Shown: positions 1 to 10,497 of the stretch, one piece after another
How positions within the stretch are numbered: the first letter of the stretch is position 1
Layout: each line of letters opens with the position of its first letter
Source of the DNA: a virus
Taxonomy: Duplodnaviria; Caudoviricetes
Strand: one strand, 5' to 3'
Virus record (IMG/VR): IMGVR_UViG_3300020200_000033
Location: 1-58,902 of that record
Length of the DNA stretch: 58,902 nt
Position numbers and translations under genes: made by a program
The notes under the pieces: model-generated
Databases searched by the model: none
Seen by the model: the letters and a program-made list of their open reading frames with translations, nothing else
What the model was told of the DNA's origin: nothing

Positions 1-1266
1 CCAGATGAAAGTAAAGAAATCAGCAGTATCATTTCTATTACATCTTCAATTAATGTAAACTTTACATTACAAATTAGATCTAATATTGCAGTTCAAAGCA
101 GCGTAACTGCTGTAGCAAAAAGAATTGTATTTGCTAGTGCTTTGCTTAATGTTAATGGCGCAACGCTTACTCTTGGCCAAGGCATAAGGCGGGCATCAAT
201 AGCAATTTCTAGTAATTCAAGCCTTACAGTCTCAATATTGAAAAATGCTTTTGCTACAACACAAATTTCTGCAAATTCAAATGCTATTGTAAGTATAAAA
301 AAGACATCATTTGCTGCTTCTATAATTTCTGCAAATTCAAATGTTGTTGTCAAAGCAATAGAATTGCTACTTGCCGCCTCTAATACAAGTTCAAGTTCAA
401 ATGTAATCGTTACTGCTTTGCGATTGAAAATGGCCTCATCTGCTATTTCTATTCAATCCAATGCCACAGTAATCGCCAAGGAAATTCTATTTGCTTCTAC
501 ATCAATTTCAAGTGTTACATCAACTACAGCAATCGCACAAGAGATTTTGAAAGCTCAAGTTGCGATTAATGTTACAAGTAATGCAATTACAACAATTAAG
601 AAACATTCATTTGCCGCATCTATAATTACACCATCTGCAACAGTAACAACAATTGCGAAAAGAATTAAATTTGCATCATCTGTAATTAATATCAATTCAA
701 ACCTTATAGTTGTTGGCAAAGTTGTTTTGATGGTAGCAAAAATTAATCAACTATTTAACAATCTGTCAATTACGGTTCAAACTCTTAAATTTAGCAATAC
801 TGCTGTTGTATATAATTCAACAACAACTGTTGACTTTTCTTCAATAAGATCATTACTAGTTCTAGATGGAGTGCCATTGACAAATCAAAATAGAAAATTA
901 GATGTTTCTGCAGCACCGGTATTTATTGAAAATTTAAACTGGCAGGGTGATGCTTCTAGATATTATAAAAATGCATCGGCAAACTCAGCGGCTAAGAGGA
1001 CATTTAATCTCCAATGGAGTTTTATACCAAATTATGAAAATAAAACTGTTGATTTAAGAGCATCAAGAGACTTTTTAAATAAAAAATCAAAAGACGGTGA
1101 TGTTCATACGCTTACAATTTTAAAACAGGATGAGGCTGGTACGACACCGTACACCGAAGAAAATGTTGATGTTCTTATTACCAACTATTCAGAGAATTTA
1201 ATCCGCCGGGACTTGATTGATAATGTATACTATTTTGACTGCTCAATGTCATTGCAGGAGGTCTGA
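1..1266 (+). CDS. Minor tail protein, 5'-truncated; about 10 copies of a 20-aa repeat plus a C-terminal distal-tail-like domain
   Basis: Frame is open from base 1; repeats such as KKTSFAASIISANSNVVVKA and KRIKFASSVININSNLIVVG; abuts the next tail gene. Confidence 0.75.
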   Translation, partial: PDESKEISSIISITSSINVNFTLQIRSNIAVQSSVTAVAKRIVFASALLNVNGATLTLGQGIRRASIAISSNSSLTVSILKNAFATTQISANSNAIVSIKKTSFAASIISANSNVVVKAIELLLAASNTSSSSNVIVTALRLKMASSAISIQSNATVIAKEILFASTSISSVTSTTAIAQEILKAQVAINVTSNAITTIKKHSFAASIITPSATVTTIAKRIKFASSVININSNLIVVGKVVLMVAKINQLFNNLSITVQTLKFSNTAVVYNSTTTVDFSSIRSLLVLDGVPLTNQNRKLDVSAAPVFIENLNWQGDASRYYKNASANSAAKRTFNLQWSFIPNYENKTVDLRASRDFLNKKSKDGDVHTLTILKQDEAGTTPYTEENVDVLITNYSENLIRRDLIDNVYYFDCSMSLQEV

Positions 1267-4200
1267 TGATTACAGTTGACCAATACGGTAAAGACCTGTC
1301 TACAGATTTTAACACTGCGATTGCTGCAAAAGCTCAAAAAATTAAACCAAAAATTGTTGTAACTTGGCTAGATAGCAGACACCTTGATAATCTAGTCGTT
1401 ACAACAAACGACTCTCATGCCAATACCAGTTATCCAAGTATAGGGTTTTATTTTTCTAAATCTGAAGTTGCTAACGGGAACGAGCGTCAGTCGTTTACAT
1501 GGGGTGTAGCAGGCGCTAAGGATGTTAATGGCGATATTATAAAGGCAGATGGCACTTGGTACACCATGCCATCTTTAACAACGTCAGACCTTGCTAATTC
1601 ACGCATTGGTGGCAATCTAGAGTTTGGATGGTGGTCGGGGTCTAAAAGCAGTTCCTCAGCCAGCAATACCTACACAGGTTATGGTTTTGCTGTAGACCCA
1701 TATGTTGATATGGCTTTTACTACTCGAAAAGTCAATAAGATTAGGGTGATAACATCAGAATATTATGGGCAAATTTCAAACTATGAAATATTTGTTTATG
1801 ATGGCTCTAATAATTTAATAACAAATCAAACTGGTGTAATTTTACCAAATACTTATTATAAAGATCATTTAATAACTACTGCTTTATCAACACAGAATGT
1901 TGCAAGGATTAGATGCTATATTCGTAGCACAAAAAATCCACAAGATTATGCAAGAATACAAGAGATTGTCCCGTTATATGAAGAGGATATGACAAATTAT
2001 GTAATGTCTGTATCATTAAATAGAACCAGAGATGTACATGAAACAAGCTTGCCAATTGGTGGCAGTGAAACCTCCTCCGCCAGTATTAGTTTTGACAATA
2101 CAACAAAAAAATTTAATGTTTTTGATAATAATTCTGAATTTGGTAAATATATGAAAAAAGATTTAAAGGTTGATATATATAGCGGTTGGAGAATTAAAAA
2201 ACCAAATGAGGATTATATTAATAATACAGAGTTAACAACATTTTTAACCGCCAGTGCAAACACATCAGCAACATCGTTAATTGTTAACGATATTAGCATT
2301 TTTCCTACTGGCGGGGCCGGAAACAACTTTGTTGTCATATTGGATGATAATAATCAATCAGAAGAATATATTCTATGCTCGGGGACAACGCAACCCAATA
2401 TTCTAAATGTTGTGACCAGGGGATATGCTGGATCTTCTCCAGCGTCACATTCTATAGAGTCGTCGGTTGTATTTGATATATATGAGTATGTTAAGAGTGG
2501 AACATTTTACATTGATGAATGGGATGCAAAATCTTCTGATATGGCTGTTGGTGCAAGCATGCAAGATTGGACAAAATATCTAACTGAGTCAACTATTAAA
2601 TATGGCTTTCTTGAGCAAAACTCATATGTTGGAGATGCAGTTGAGGCTTTGCTATTAAGATCAAATTTTCCAAAAGCAAATATTGAAAAATTAAATACAT
2701 TTGGGCGAGGTGCAATACTTCGTGGTGCAATAGCTGGCTATAATTTTAAAGAAGAAAGCGTTGACAGAAGTGGAAATGAGTTAATATCTTCATCTGGGCT
2801 TCGGGCAAGATTTTGGGGAATGCCAACTAATAAAAAAAATACTATTGCAGTTAAAGATATTTTGGCTGATGCGTTAGATAAGAATTTAACAAAATTAGAT
2901 CTTGCTCTAGGGCAAACAACTTTTGTTAGTCCAACATATGTAAATCTGTCTAAGAACATCTCTACAAGCACATCCAATGCTCTACAGTTGTCAAATTATT
3001 CTTTTGTTGGTCAGGATAATAACACATATATTGAATACTTTAATGGGGTTTTTGATGGCTATTATATTCCTAGAAGCAGTGGCAATCAAGCCATTGTAAT
3101 CTATATTGAAAGCGGTGGTGTAAAAGTCTATTTAGATGATGTTTTAATATTAAATAAATTTTTTATGCATGAGGCAATTACCAGGCTACAAAGCACAACT
3201 GTTAATCTAACGGCCGGTGTTCCAAGAAAAATTAGAATTGAATTTTATCATGCACACAACAATTCTCTTGGTTCATCAAGTTTTTCTATAGCGCTGTATA
3301 AATTTATAACAGCGACTGCCGCTGAAACGATTGTTACAGCAGCGGAGTGTGTCACAATTGTTCCAATGGACAGCATTGGTGTTAGAAATGGATCAAATAA
3401 TTTTGCAACAGCTGACGCATATTTAATGAGAAATAATGGGATTTATATTAATGATCCAAAACTATCTCAAGCGAGTGGCTTAAATTTAAGTTCAAATATA
3501 TCCACTGATAAATCTGTTTTATTGGAATCTAATGCCTATATAAGAATTCCAAATCATGAAAGTTATAATTTTACAAATAGCAATGCTTCTCTCTATACCG
3601 GAAAATGGTCTGTTGAATTTTTTGGTAAATTTAGTAATTCCTCATTTAGTAATGATGGTGAGTATATTAGCACCTGGTCAAATTCTTCTCCAACTAACGG
3701 ATTTGAATTGTACAGCAATTCAACATCACACGGGTTTAAAATCAAGACGCTATCAAGTAATACTGTAATTACCGAAACGGCATCTTCCAATATTGCTCTT
3801 CAGAATAATACGTTTCATCACATCGCAGCCACATACGATGGAACATCAATGTCTTACTATGTTAATGGAGATTTAAAATCAAATGTTGTCCTTACGGGAA
3901 CTCCAATTAGTTTTACAGGAGATATCACGATTGGGGGTCGAGGGGCTAGTTATGTTGCAAATACTGGTGAGTCAGCGCCCGCAACAATAAGAAGTTTTAC
4001 GGCTGACGAATTGTATATTTACAATACATGTTTAAAAACAAAAGACATTAAAAATCGATACGCGGAAGCCAAAATTCAACCATTGACTAGATTTGCTTTC
4101 TTGTATGGCAATGATCGATCAATAAGGGAATTACTCAATGATATAACCTTTGCAGAATTAGGCAGGGTTTATATAAATGAATTCAATAATGCTGTTTACG

Positions 4201-5243
4201 AACATTATTATAGATTTTTTGAACCGAGTATAGAACAGCATTCTAATATTCAAGCCAATATGAGTGATTCAACAAATATTATTGATGCTTCATATTCGGT
4301 TCAACTTCAATGCAATAAAGTCACTGTTCCAATATCAAATTTGCAAAAAGCAACAAACAGACTGCAGGCTCTTTGGGTAGCCGACAGTGATACAACCGTT
4401 ACAGCGGTTCTTTTAACTTCAAATCTTACAGCAAATGCTAATGTTGCATATTATAGTGAATATAAAGATAATTTGAATACAAATATTCCATTTCCAGATG
4501 CTGGGTATATTAAAATCAATAATGAGATAATTAAATACAATGAAAGAAGGGGTGGCGCGTTTATGTCCCTTGAAAGAGGGCATTTTCAAACAACTCCAGC
4601 CGCACACAGTATTTATCATGCTAATGGGTCTTTAAATTATTTAAAGATAAGAGAAGTTAAGTATTACGATGTCCAATATCAAAAAACGCCGGCCTTTAAT
4701 GTTAAATCTCCATTCATTACAGCAATTGATATAGATGAGCCAAATTTAATAGAGATTCATAAGTTTATTCCATATTCCTATGGGGCAGAGTTAATTATTT
4801 CCGCATCGGAAAATGTTGATCACGGTAGAATTGTCTTTTTATCTGGCATAGATAGATTAACTAATTACCCATATGCAACATCTATTGCTGGAGTTGCTGT
4901 TGAAATTGAAGATCAAAAGAGCGATATTAAATCACAAACTAAATCAATTGCAGATAGTATTAAAAAATTTGGATTGAAAGATGTAACTATTGAAAGCACC
5001 TTCATCAGTGATGCAATTCACGCTCAAAAAATAGCAGATTTTATTATTGAAAAAACACAAATTCCAGTTCCAATACTAAATGTAAATACTATTTTAATTC
5101 CAAAAATTCAATTGGGGGACCGGGTTAGAATATCTAATCTAACATCTCTTGGTATTGTAAATACAGACTATTGGGTGATATCATATAGTAGATCAATTGG
5201 TGATAATTTTAGTCAACAAATGATATTAAGGCAGGTTTCTTGA
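1266..5243 (+). CDS. Large minor tail/baseplate hub protein with PA14-like and LamG (concanavalin-like) domains
   Basis: PA14-like FDGYYIP..GVKVYLDDVLIL..IRIEFY; LamG FHHIAATYDGTSMSYYVNG..DELYIYN; C-terminal IQLGDRVRI typical of tail hub proteins. Confidence 0.8.
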   Translation: MITVDQYGKDLSTDFNTAIAAKAQKIKPKIVVTWLDSRHLDNLVVTTNDSHANTSYPSIGFYFSKSEVANGNERQSFTWGVAGAKDVNGDIIKADGTWYTMPSLTTSDLANSRIGGNLEFGWWSGSKSSSSASNTYTGYGFAVDPYVDMAFTTRKVNKIRVITSEYYGQISNYEIFVYDGSNNLITNQTGVILPNTYYKDHLITTALSTQNVARIRCYIRSTKNPQDYARIQEIVPLYEEDMTNYVMSVSLNRTRDVHETSLPIGGSETSSASISFDNTTKKFNVFDNNSEFGKYMKKDLKVDIYSGWRIKKPNEDYINNTELTTFLTASANTSATSLIVNDISIFPTGGAGNNFVVILDDNNQSEEYILCSGTTQPNILNVVTRGYAGSSPASHSIESSVVFDIYEYVKSGTFYIDEWDAKSSDMAVGASMQDWTKYLTESTIKYGFLEQNSYVGDAVEALLLRSNFPKANIEKLNTFGRGAILRGAIAGYNFKEESVDRSGNELISSSGLRARFWGMPTNKKNTIAVKDILADALDKNLTKLDLALGQTTFVSPTYVNLSKNISTSTSNALQLSNYSFVGQDNNTYIEYFNGVFDGYYIPRSSGNQAIVIYIESGGVKVYLDDVLILNKFFMHEAITRLQSTTVNLTAGVPRKIRIEFYHAHNNSLGSSSFSIALYKFITATAAETIVTAAECVTIVPMDSIGVRNGSNNFATADAYLMRNNGIYINDPKLSQASGLNLSSNISTDKSVLLESNAYIRIPNHESYNFTNSNASLYTGKWSVEFFGKFSNSSFSNDGEYISTWSNSSPTNGFELYSNSTSHGFKIKTLSSNTVITETASSNIALQNNTFHHIAATYDGTSMSYYVNGDLKSNVVLTGTPISFTGDITIGGRGASYVANTGESAPATIRSFTADELYIYNTCLKTKDIKNRYAEAKIQPLTRFAFLYGNDRSIRELLNDITFAELGRVYINEFNNAVYEHYYRFFEPSIEQHSNIQANMSDSTNIIDASYSVQLQCNKVTVPISNLQKATNRLQALWVADSDTTVTAVLLTSNLTANANVAYYSEYKDNLNTNIPFPDAGYIKINNEIIKYNERRGGAFMSLERGHFQTTPAAHSIYHANGSLNYLKIREVKYYDVQYQKTPAFNVKSPFITAIDIDEPNLIEIHKFIPYSYGAELIISASENVDHGRIVFLSGIDRLTNYPYATSIAGVAVEIEDQKSDIKSQTKSIADSIKKFGLKDVTIESTFISDAIHAQKIADFIIEKTQIPVPILNVNTILIPKIQLGDRVRISNLTSLGIVNTDYWVISYSRSIGDNFSQQMILRQVS

Positions 5244-7006
5244 TGATAATTGGCGAAGCTGCAATATATTTTTACCCTGGCGGTGGTCATAGCCACGATG
5301 GGGTTGATTCAAGCCTCATTGACATGTCAGCCTATTCTATTTTTGATTTTGAGTGGCAGCCAGAAGGAGGCTCAACGCCACTGAGAAACGAACTCAGAAA
5401 TCAGAGGTATAATCAAGGTTTTATTCCGGCAATAAGAACTGAAATTTTTAAAATTCTTCATAAAGACGCTGGTATACATATTCAACCAGGATCTATTGCT
5501 GGCGGAATTCTTATTGCCAACAGTGTTACGGCAACCGAATTATCTGCAGATCTTGTTTTAATTGACAATGTTATACGAAGCAGTAACTTTGATGGAACAA
5601 TTGCAGAAAATGGTATTATAACATCAACTGGCACACAGGGCTGGGCTATAACATATGCTGGCGATTCCGTATTTAGACAACTTTCAATAGATGCAAACAA
5701 TTTTTGGAATGCAAATGGTTTTAAACTTGGTGGTAATACTGGTATTTACACAAGCGGTAATCAAGTAAGAATTGGTACAGATGTTGTCATTGAAGGCAAT
5801 CTTACTGCTGCTGAACTCGCAATTAATGCAAACAATTTTTGGAATGCTGATGGCTTCGAGCTTGGTGGTAATACTGGTATTCGCACAGCTGGTGGCATTG
5901 TAAGAATTGGTACAGATGTTATTATTGAGGGTACTGTTGCTACCGATGAAGTTGTTATCGATGAAGATAATTATTGGGATGCTGATAGTTTTAGTTTAAA
6001 TGGAGAAAATGGAGTTTCTACTGTACCAATAGGAGGCATCGGACAAGTTGTAAGACTCGGTTCTGATATTTATATCAATCCAAATGATGGCTCGATTTTT
6101 AGCGGAAGCGGGGCTTTTCAAGTTCAAAGCAATGGAGATTTATTTTCAAATAGTGGAAATATTGGGGGGTGGACAATAAATTCTGATAATATTGGATTTG
6201 CCAGTGCCGATGGAGCAACTATTATTAAACCAATTAGTGATTACCTTACTCCTTTTGTTTACGGAGGCAGCACATTTGCTAGAACAGAATTGTATTGGGG
6301 GATGATTGAGGTTTCCTCAAATGGTGCATTTGGTACAACAGTAACACAAATTACTCCAGCTTCAATAGTTCTTGATGCAATCACTTCAAGAATTAGTCTT
6401 GTTGGTGGTAATATTGATGCTACAGGAATAATTTCAGGAGCAGCAATTCATTCTGACGGTACAGTTACATCTGGTGGACAAATTGAATCTGGCGATAAGA
6501 TTACATCTGGAGGACAAATTGAATCTGACGATATGATTAGAGCTGGAGGAACCGGTGTTTATTACAAAGCAGAAAATCTTGCTGGGGAAAGATTTGGAAT
6601 AGCGTTTGGTTGGAGTAACGCTGCCGGCAGGCTGACATGTGTAGTCAACAATGACCTGTATGTTAGACCATTCTTTATCCCGTCTGGCTTTGATTCAGAT
6701 AGAAGATTAAAAGAAAATATTCAATCAATTACTCCTGATGTATTGCAAAAAATTTATAACACAAAAATCTATGAATTTGATTATAAAAAAGACATTTCCA
6801 GTTCTTGGCTTCGAGGCAAACATAGTGTTGGTGTTATGGCGGATGAATTAGAGGTTAATTTCCCAGAATTTGTAGAAGCCCCTCAAACCCCAGGAGGGTA
6901 TTATCAAGTTGTTTATGCAAAAATGATTCCGCATCTACTAGCAGCCATTGTAGATTTAAATAAAAGATTGCAGGCATTAGAGCAGCGTTTGGGGTATAAT
7001 AGTTAA
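5240..7006 (+). CDS. Tail fiber/spike with C-terminal intramolecular chaperone (peptidase S74-type)
   Basis: SDRRLKENI..GVMADELE..VVYAKMIPHLLAAIVDLNKRLQALE; internal 45-aa and 12-aa repeats. Confidence 0.85.
   Translation: MMIIGEAAIYFYPGGGHSHDGVDSSLIDMSAYSIFDFEWQPEGGSTPLRNELRNQRYNQGFIPAIRTEIFKILHKDAGIHIQPGSIAGGILIANSVTATELSADLVLIDNVIRSSNFDGTIAENGIITSTGTQGWAITYAGDSVFRQLSIDANNFWNANGFKLGGNTGIYTSGNQVRIGTDVVIEGNLTAAELAINANNFWNADGFELGGNTGIRTAGGIVRIGTDVIIEGTVATDEVVIDEDNYWDADSFSLNGENGVSTVPIGGIGQVVRLGSDIYINPNDGSIFSGSGAFQVQSNGDLFSNSGNIGGWTINSDNIGFASADGATIIKPISDYLTPFVYGGSTFARTELYWGMIEVSSNGAFGTTVTQITPASIVLDAITSRISLVGGNIDATGIISGAAIHSDGTVTSGGQIESGDKITSGGQIESDDMIRAGGTGVYYKAENLAGERFGIAFGWSNAAGRLTCVVNNDLYVRPFFIPSGFDSDRRLKENIQSITPDVLQKIYNTKIYEFDYKKDISSSWLRGKHSVGVMADELEVNFPEFVEAPQTPGGYYQVVYAKMIPHLLAAIVDLNKRLQALEQRLGYNS
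5680..6080 (+). repeat. About three tandem 135-bp (45-aa) coding repeats in the tail fiber
   Basis: IDANNFWNANGFKLGGNTGI..VRIGTDV / INANNFWNADGFELGGNTGI..VRIGTDV / IDEDNYWDADSFSLNGENG. Confidence 0.85.
6995..7000 (+). promoter_or_regulatory. -10 element of a probable leaderless promoter
   Basis: GGGG-TATAAT-6 nt-ATG(7007), no SD. Confidence 0.5.
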
Positions 7007-7684
7007 ATGGCATACGAAAACTACTCTCAAGTATCTTGGACAGATGGTAGCCCATTAACTGGAGAAAGGCTCCAGCAGATGTCCACCAACATTGAGCAAG
7101 TTAAAGAAGCAACGGATGACTCTCCACAGGGTCTTAAAAAGATTAAATCAAATCCTGATCAAGTCGGCTCAATATCAAGTTTTTCTTCAACAACAGAAAT
7201 TATTGCTCTAAAAGATGAATTTTCTACTGGTGGTAATGCAGATAATCGAGTAACAATTGATGCAAATAGATATTATCGAATAACTTTACATTTTACTGGT
7301 TTTCAAATAGATGCAAAAGGTGCTGAAGATTCTTTTTATCAAATCTCACTGCATGAAGGGACTCATGGTGGAGCAAATACGACATTGCATACGGTTTCTT
7401 TCACTCCGCCTATTTTTGCATTTATAAATGTCGCCACGCTTGCTTCGCAAGCAACGATTGCAAACATTGCTCTTCGTAGTGATGCTTACGATAGCAGGTT
7501 TGGAGCTGGCACATATTCTGTTGTTAAGCAAACTGGCTCATCTGCCTCAACCAATAAATCCTATTTTGCAGCAGTAACTAGATTTGCGGGTGCATCGCCA
7601 GCATATGCACCAAGTTACATTATTCCAACATCTGCAACGGCTCCTTTGCAATTATTTGTTGAAGATATCGGGGGAATCGCCTGA
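7007..7684 (+). CDS. Putative virion/tail-associated protein
   Basis: N-terminal YSQVSWTDGSPLTGERLQQM, like tail-fiber attachment motifs; beta-rich. Confidence 0.6.
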   Translation: MAYENYSQVSWTDGSPLTGERLQQMSTNIEQVKEATDDSPQGLKKIKSNPDQVGSISSFSSTTEIIALKDEFSTGGNADNRVTIDANRYYRITLHFTGFQIDAKGAEDSFYQISLHEGTHGGANTTLHTVSFTPPIFAFINVATLASQATIANIALRSDAYDSRFGAGTYSVVKQTGSSASTNKSYFAAVTRFAGASPAYAPSYIIPTSATAPLQLFVEDIGGIA

Positions 7685-8106
7685 GAAAACCAACACTTGC
7701 CTCTCAACGCAAAGATGTCAAATGGAACGATAAAGCGCCGACTGGTGAAGGCAGTCCAAATTATCGTGGTGGAAAATATATTGATGATAAAGGATATGTC
7801 CGGGTGCTAAAACCAGATCATCCCAAAAATATTCGTGGTTATACTTATGAACATCGTTTAGTTATGGAAGACTATTTAGGTCGATTTTTACAAGCGTGGG
7901 AAACGGTCCATCACATTAATGAAATTAAAATAGATAATAGGCTTGATAATCTATTTCTGTGTTCACACAAAGAACACAGCGCAATCCATAAAGAAGGTTC
8001 CCACCTATCAGATGATCATCGCAAAAAACTTCGTGAGATGGCTTATGCCAATAAGCCACACACAAGAAAAAGAAACTTTGCTAAAAATATCAATCAAAAA
8101 AAATGA
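7681..8106 (+). CDS. HNH endonuclease (probable CTG start)
   Basis: GEGSPNYRGGKYIDDKGYV..EHRLVME..ETVHHINEIKIDNRLDNL; frame open to CTG 7681 overlapping the upstream TGA. Confidence 0.8.
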   Translation: MRKPTLASQRKDVKWNDKAPTGEGSPNYRGGKYIDDKGYVRVLKPDHPKNIRGYTYEHRLVMEDYLGRFLQAWETVHHINEIKIDNRLDNLFLCSHKEHSAIHKEGSHLSDDHRKKLREMAYANKPHTRKRNFAKNINQKK

Positions 8107-8108
8107 AA

Positions 8109-8137
8109 TTGCCCCGTTTTATTCGTCGCAATATGAT
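8109..8137 (+). promoter_or_regulatory. Sigma-A-like promoter of the replication module
   Basis: TTGCCC-N17-TATGAT, then GGAGG before ATG 8166. Confidence 0.6.
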
Positions 8138-8165
8138 ATCCTTTCGCCGGAGGTGAAAAATCCTT

Positions 8166-9341
8166 ATGAAAATATGCCAAGCGGAGGGGTGTAGCCAGCA
8201 ATTTGAACCCAAGACCGCCAACCAAAAATACGCTGATAAAGAATGTCGTAGGTCAATCGATATCAGTGGTTTATGTCAATTTAGAAGAAAGAAAGGTTTA
8301 TTTGAAGTGCCAGCAAGCCCAATAACTGGGGAAGTCCCCGCAACAGATGCAGAATTAAAAGTTGCTTATTCCAAACTTTTGACTGAGTATAAAAAACTTA
8401 AAGACAAAAGTGACGATTTTGTTGATGCTATTTTTAGAGCCGTTAAGGAAGATATTGATTCTTCCAAGAAAGTTAAGATTCCAAAGCCAAAGTTAAGCAA
8501 GGCTAAAGGGTCACAAGAAGTAGCGGCAGCAATTTTATCAGACTGGCAACTGTCTAAGATTACACCAGATTATAATTCACAAATTTGTGAACAAAGAATC
8601 TACAAGTTTGCAGAAAAAGTTATACAACTTACAAATATCCAAAGAAAAGATCACCCAGTAAATGAACTTCATATTTGGGCTCTTGGTGATCTTATTGAGG
8701 GTGAACTTATATTTCCGGGGCAATCATTTCTGGTTGATGGTGGTTTGTATAGGCAAATTACTGTAGATGGTCCAAGAATAATGAAAAATTTTATTAATAT
8801 AATGCTTGAAAATTTTGAAAAGGTTACATTTGTTGGCGTTATTGGTAATCACGGTAGAATCGGTGGTAGGACAAGCAGAGACCACGACCCAGAAACAAAC
8901 GGAGACAGGATGCTGTACCGTATTACTCAGTTAATGTTTGAGAAAGAGCCCCGAATCAAATTCATTATTCCAGATGGTCGTGGAGAACGACATTGGTATG
9001 CAATTGATAAAGTTGGTCAATACAAAGCATTACTTTGTCACGGCGATCAGTTTAAAAGTTTTTCGTCTTTTTATGCCTTTCAAAAGAAAGCGTATGGCTG
9101 GAAGATTGGGGCTGTAGAAGAGGATTTTGATGACATTTATATTGGTCATTTTCATACCCCAACAAAGATGACTTTTAATACTGTTCAATTAAGAATTGCA
9201 GGAAGCCCAGAATCTGTTAATACATATGCTGCAGAAACCCTGGCTTCAGCAGGAAGACCCTCGCAATCGCTGGTATTTGTCCACCCAGAAAAGGGGATTA
9301 TAACAGCAGAGTATAATTGTTGGTTAGATGATGAAAAATAG
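8166..9341 (+). CDS. Calcineurin-like metallophosphoesterase (Mre11-like nuclease) with N-terminal Cys-rich domain
   Basis: LSDWQ, LGD, IGNHG, CHGD, GHFH motifs. Confidence 0.8.
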   Translation: MKICQAEGCSQQFEPKTANQKYADKECRRSIDISGLCQFRRKKGLFEVPASPITGEVPATDAELKVAYSKLLTEYKKLKDKSDDFVDAIFRAVKEDIDSSKKVKIPKPKLSKAKGSQEVAAAILSDWQLSKITPDYNSQICEQRIYKFAEKVIQLTNIQRKDHPVNELHIWALGDLIEGELIFPGQSFLVDGGLYRQITVDGPRIMKNFINIMLENFEKVTFVGVIGNHGRIGGRTSRDHDPETNGDRMLYRITQLMFEKEPRIKFIIPDGRGERHWYAIDKVGQYKALLCHGDQFKSFSSFYAFQKKAYGWKIGAVEEDFDDIYIGHFHTPTKMTFNTVQLRIAGSPESVNTYAAETLASAGRPSQSLVFVHPEKGIITAEYNCWLDDEK

Positions 9342-9579
9342 AATTGACATTCCAGATTTAAATGCATATTACTGCGTAAGGAGTAGGGATATACGTTGTC
9401 AGCATTGCGATAATAAAATGTTTGCCGGTAGTCAATATTATGCTGGCAAAAAAATTTGGATTGATTTTACATGTATTGGATGTGCTAGAGGAGTTGATAT
9501 TGAAATTAACCAATTCAACGCAATTCTAAAAGGGTTTAATTTTAAACAAAAGGCGGTTAGGTATGCTCTTTCAGAATAG
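9328..9579 (+). CDS. Zn-ribbon protein
   Basis: CQHC...CIGC. Confidence 0.6.
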   Translation: MMKNRIDIPDLNAYYCVRSRDIRCQHCDNKMFAGSQYYAGKKIWIDFTCIGCARGVDIEINQFNAILKGFNFKQKAVRYALSE

Positions 9580-10000
9580 AGTTATTACAAATAAGTTTTA
9601 TCAATATGCAAATCATTTTGTCAAAGTAAAAAAAATTAGCAAAACATCAAACAAAATTTTACTTTTAAATCTTCACGATGACTCTTCAATTGAAATTCCA
9701 ATCAAATCTTCAGATTTGTTGCTGAAACGCATTTATACGGTGGGAGAAGTTGCTAAGATTGTTGACCGACAGCCGAACACGCTGAGAAAGTATGAAAAGA
9801 AAAATCTTATTCCATCGCCAAAGAAGTTTGGAGATGATTATAAGGGTTACAGAAACTGGAGATATTACGAGGAAGCCGATGTGTACGGTATTGTTGAATT
9901 TTTTGGCAGTAGAGTACAGGGGCGACCAGTTAATAAATCTCAAGGTTTTGTTATAACAAAAATAAAATCATTAAACCAAAAAGTCAAGCTACACAAATAG
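9563..10000 (+). CDS. MerR-type HTH DNA-binding protein
   Basis: YTVGEVAKIVDRQPNTLRKYEKKNLIP..WRYY. Confidence 0.8.
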   Translation: MLFQNRVITNKFYQYANHFVKVKKISKTSNKILLLNLHDDSSIEIPIKSSDLLLKRIYTVGEVAKIVDRQPNTLRKYEKKNLIPSPKKFGDDYKGYRNWRYYEEADVYGIVEFFGSRVQGRPVNKSQGFVITKIKSLNQKVKLHK

Positions 10001-10007
10001 GAGATAT

Positions 10008-10214
10008 ATGAAAGACATTAATGGAACTGAAATCTGGGCCTCAATTGGAATTACCAAGAATCTTGGCAACTACGAGTCCCTCAGGCTAGACGCTGGGGGA
10101 AGAACCACTGCAAAATCTCTTGATGATGAAGATGCTTGGAAAAAACTTTGGGAGTCAATTGACTCACAAATTGAAGCGAAATTGCAAGAATTAGACAATG
10201 AAAAGCAGTCGTGA
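10008..10214 (+). CDS. Conserved phage hypothetical protein
   Basis: AGGAG RBS; ITKNLGNYESLRLD motif recalled from phage replication modules. Confidence 0.7.
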   Translation: MKDINGTEIWASIGITKNLGNYESLRLDAGGRTTAKSLDDEDAWKKLWESIDSQIEAKLQELDNEKQS

Positions 10215-10497
10215 TTGGCAAAAGTCTGCAGTTTGCCTAGGAGATAAAAACTCATTCTATTGGTTATCTTATAAACTAGAACATATCGAGTATGCTAAAA
10301 AAGGCTGCTCGGTGTGTACAGTTAAAGCAGAATGCCTAAATAATGCAATAAGCCAAGAAGTATATGTGGGTGTAAATGCTGGTATATCGGAATGGGATTT
10401 TTTAAATAAAACATGGAAGCGGGTGACAAATGCAAAGCGCTCTAACTGGTCAAGAAGTTCTTCAACACTTCATAAGTTGTTGCAAAAAAAGAAGTAA
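10198..10497 (+). CDS. whiB: WhiB-family transcription factor (divergent)
   Basis: WQKSAVC..AKKGCSVCTVKAECL..GVNAG. Confidence 0.7.
   Translation: MKSSRDWQKSAVCLGDKNSFYWLSYKLEHIEYAKKGCSVCTVKAECLNNAISQEVYVGVNAGISEWDFLNKTWKRVTNAKRSNWSRSSSTLHKLLQKKK

Noticed and set aside
5240-7006. Diversity-generating retroelement target
   Set aside because: No reverse transcriptase or template/variable repeat pair in the window; the repeats are ordinary in-frame tandem units
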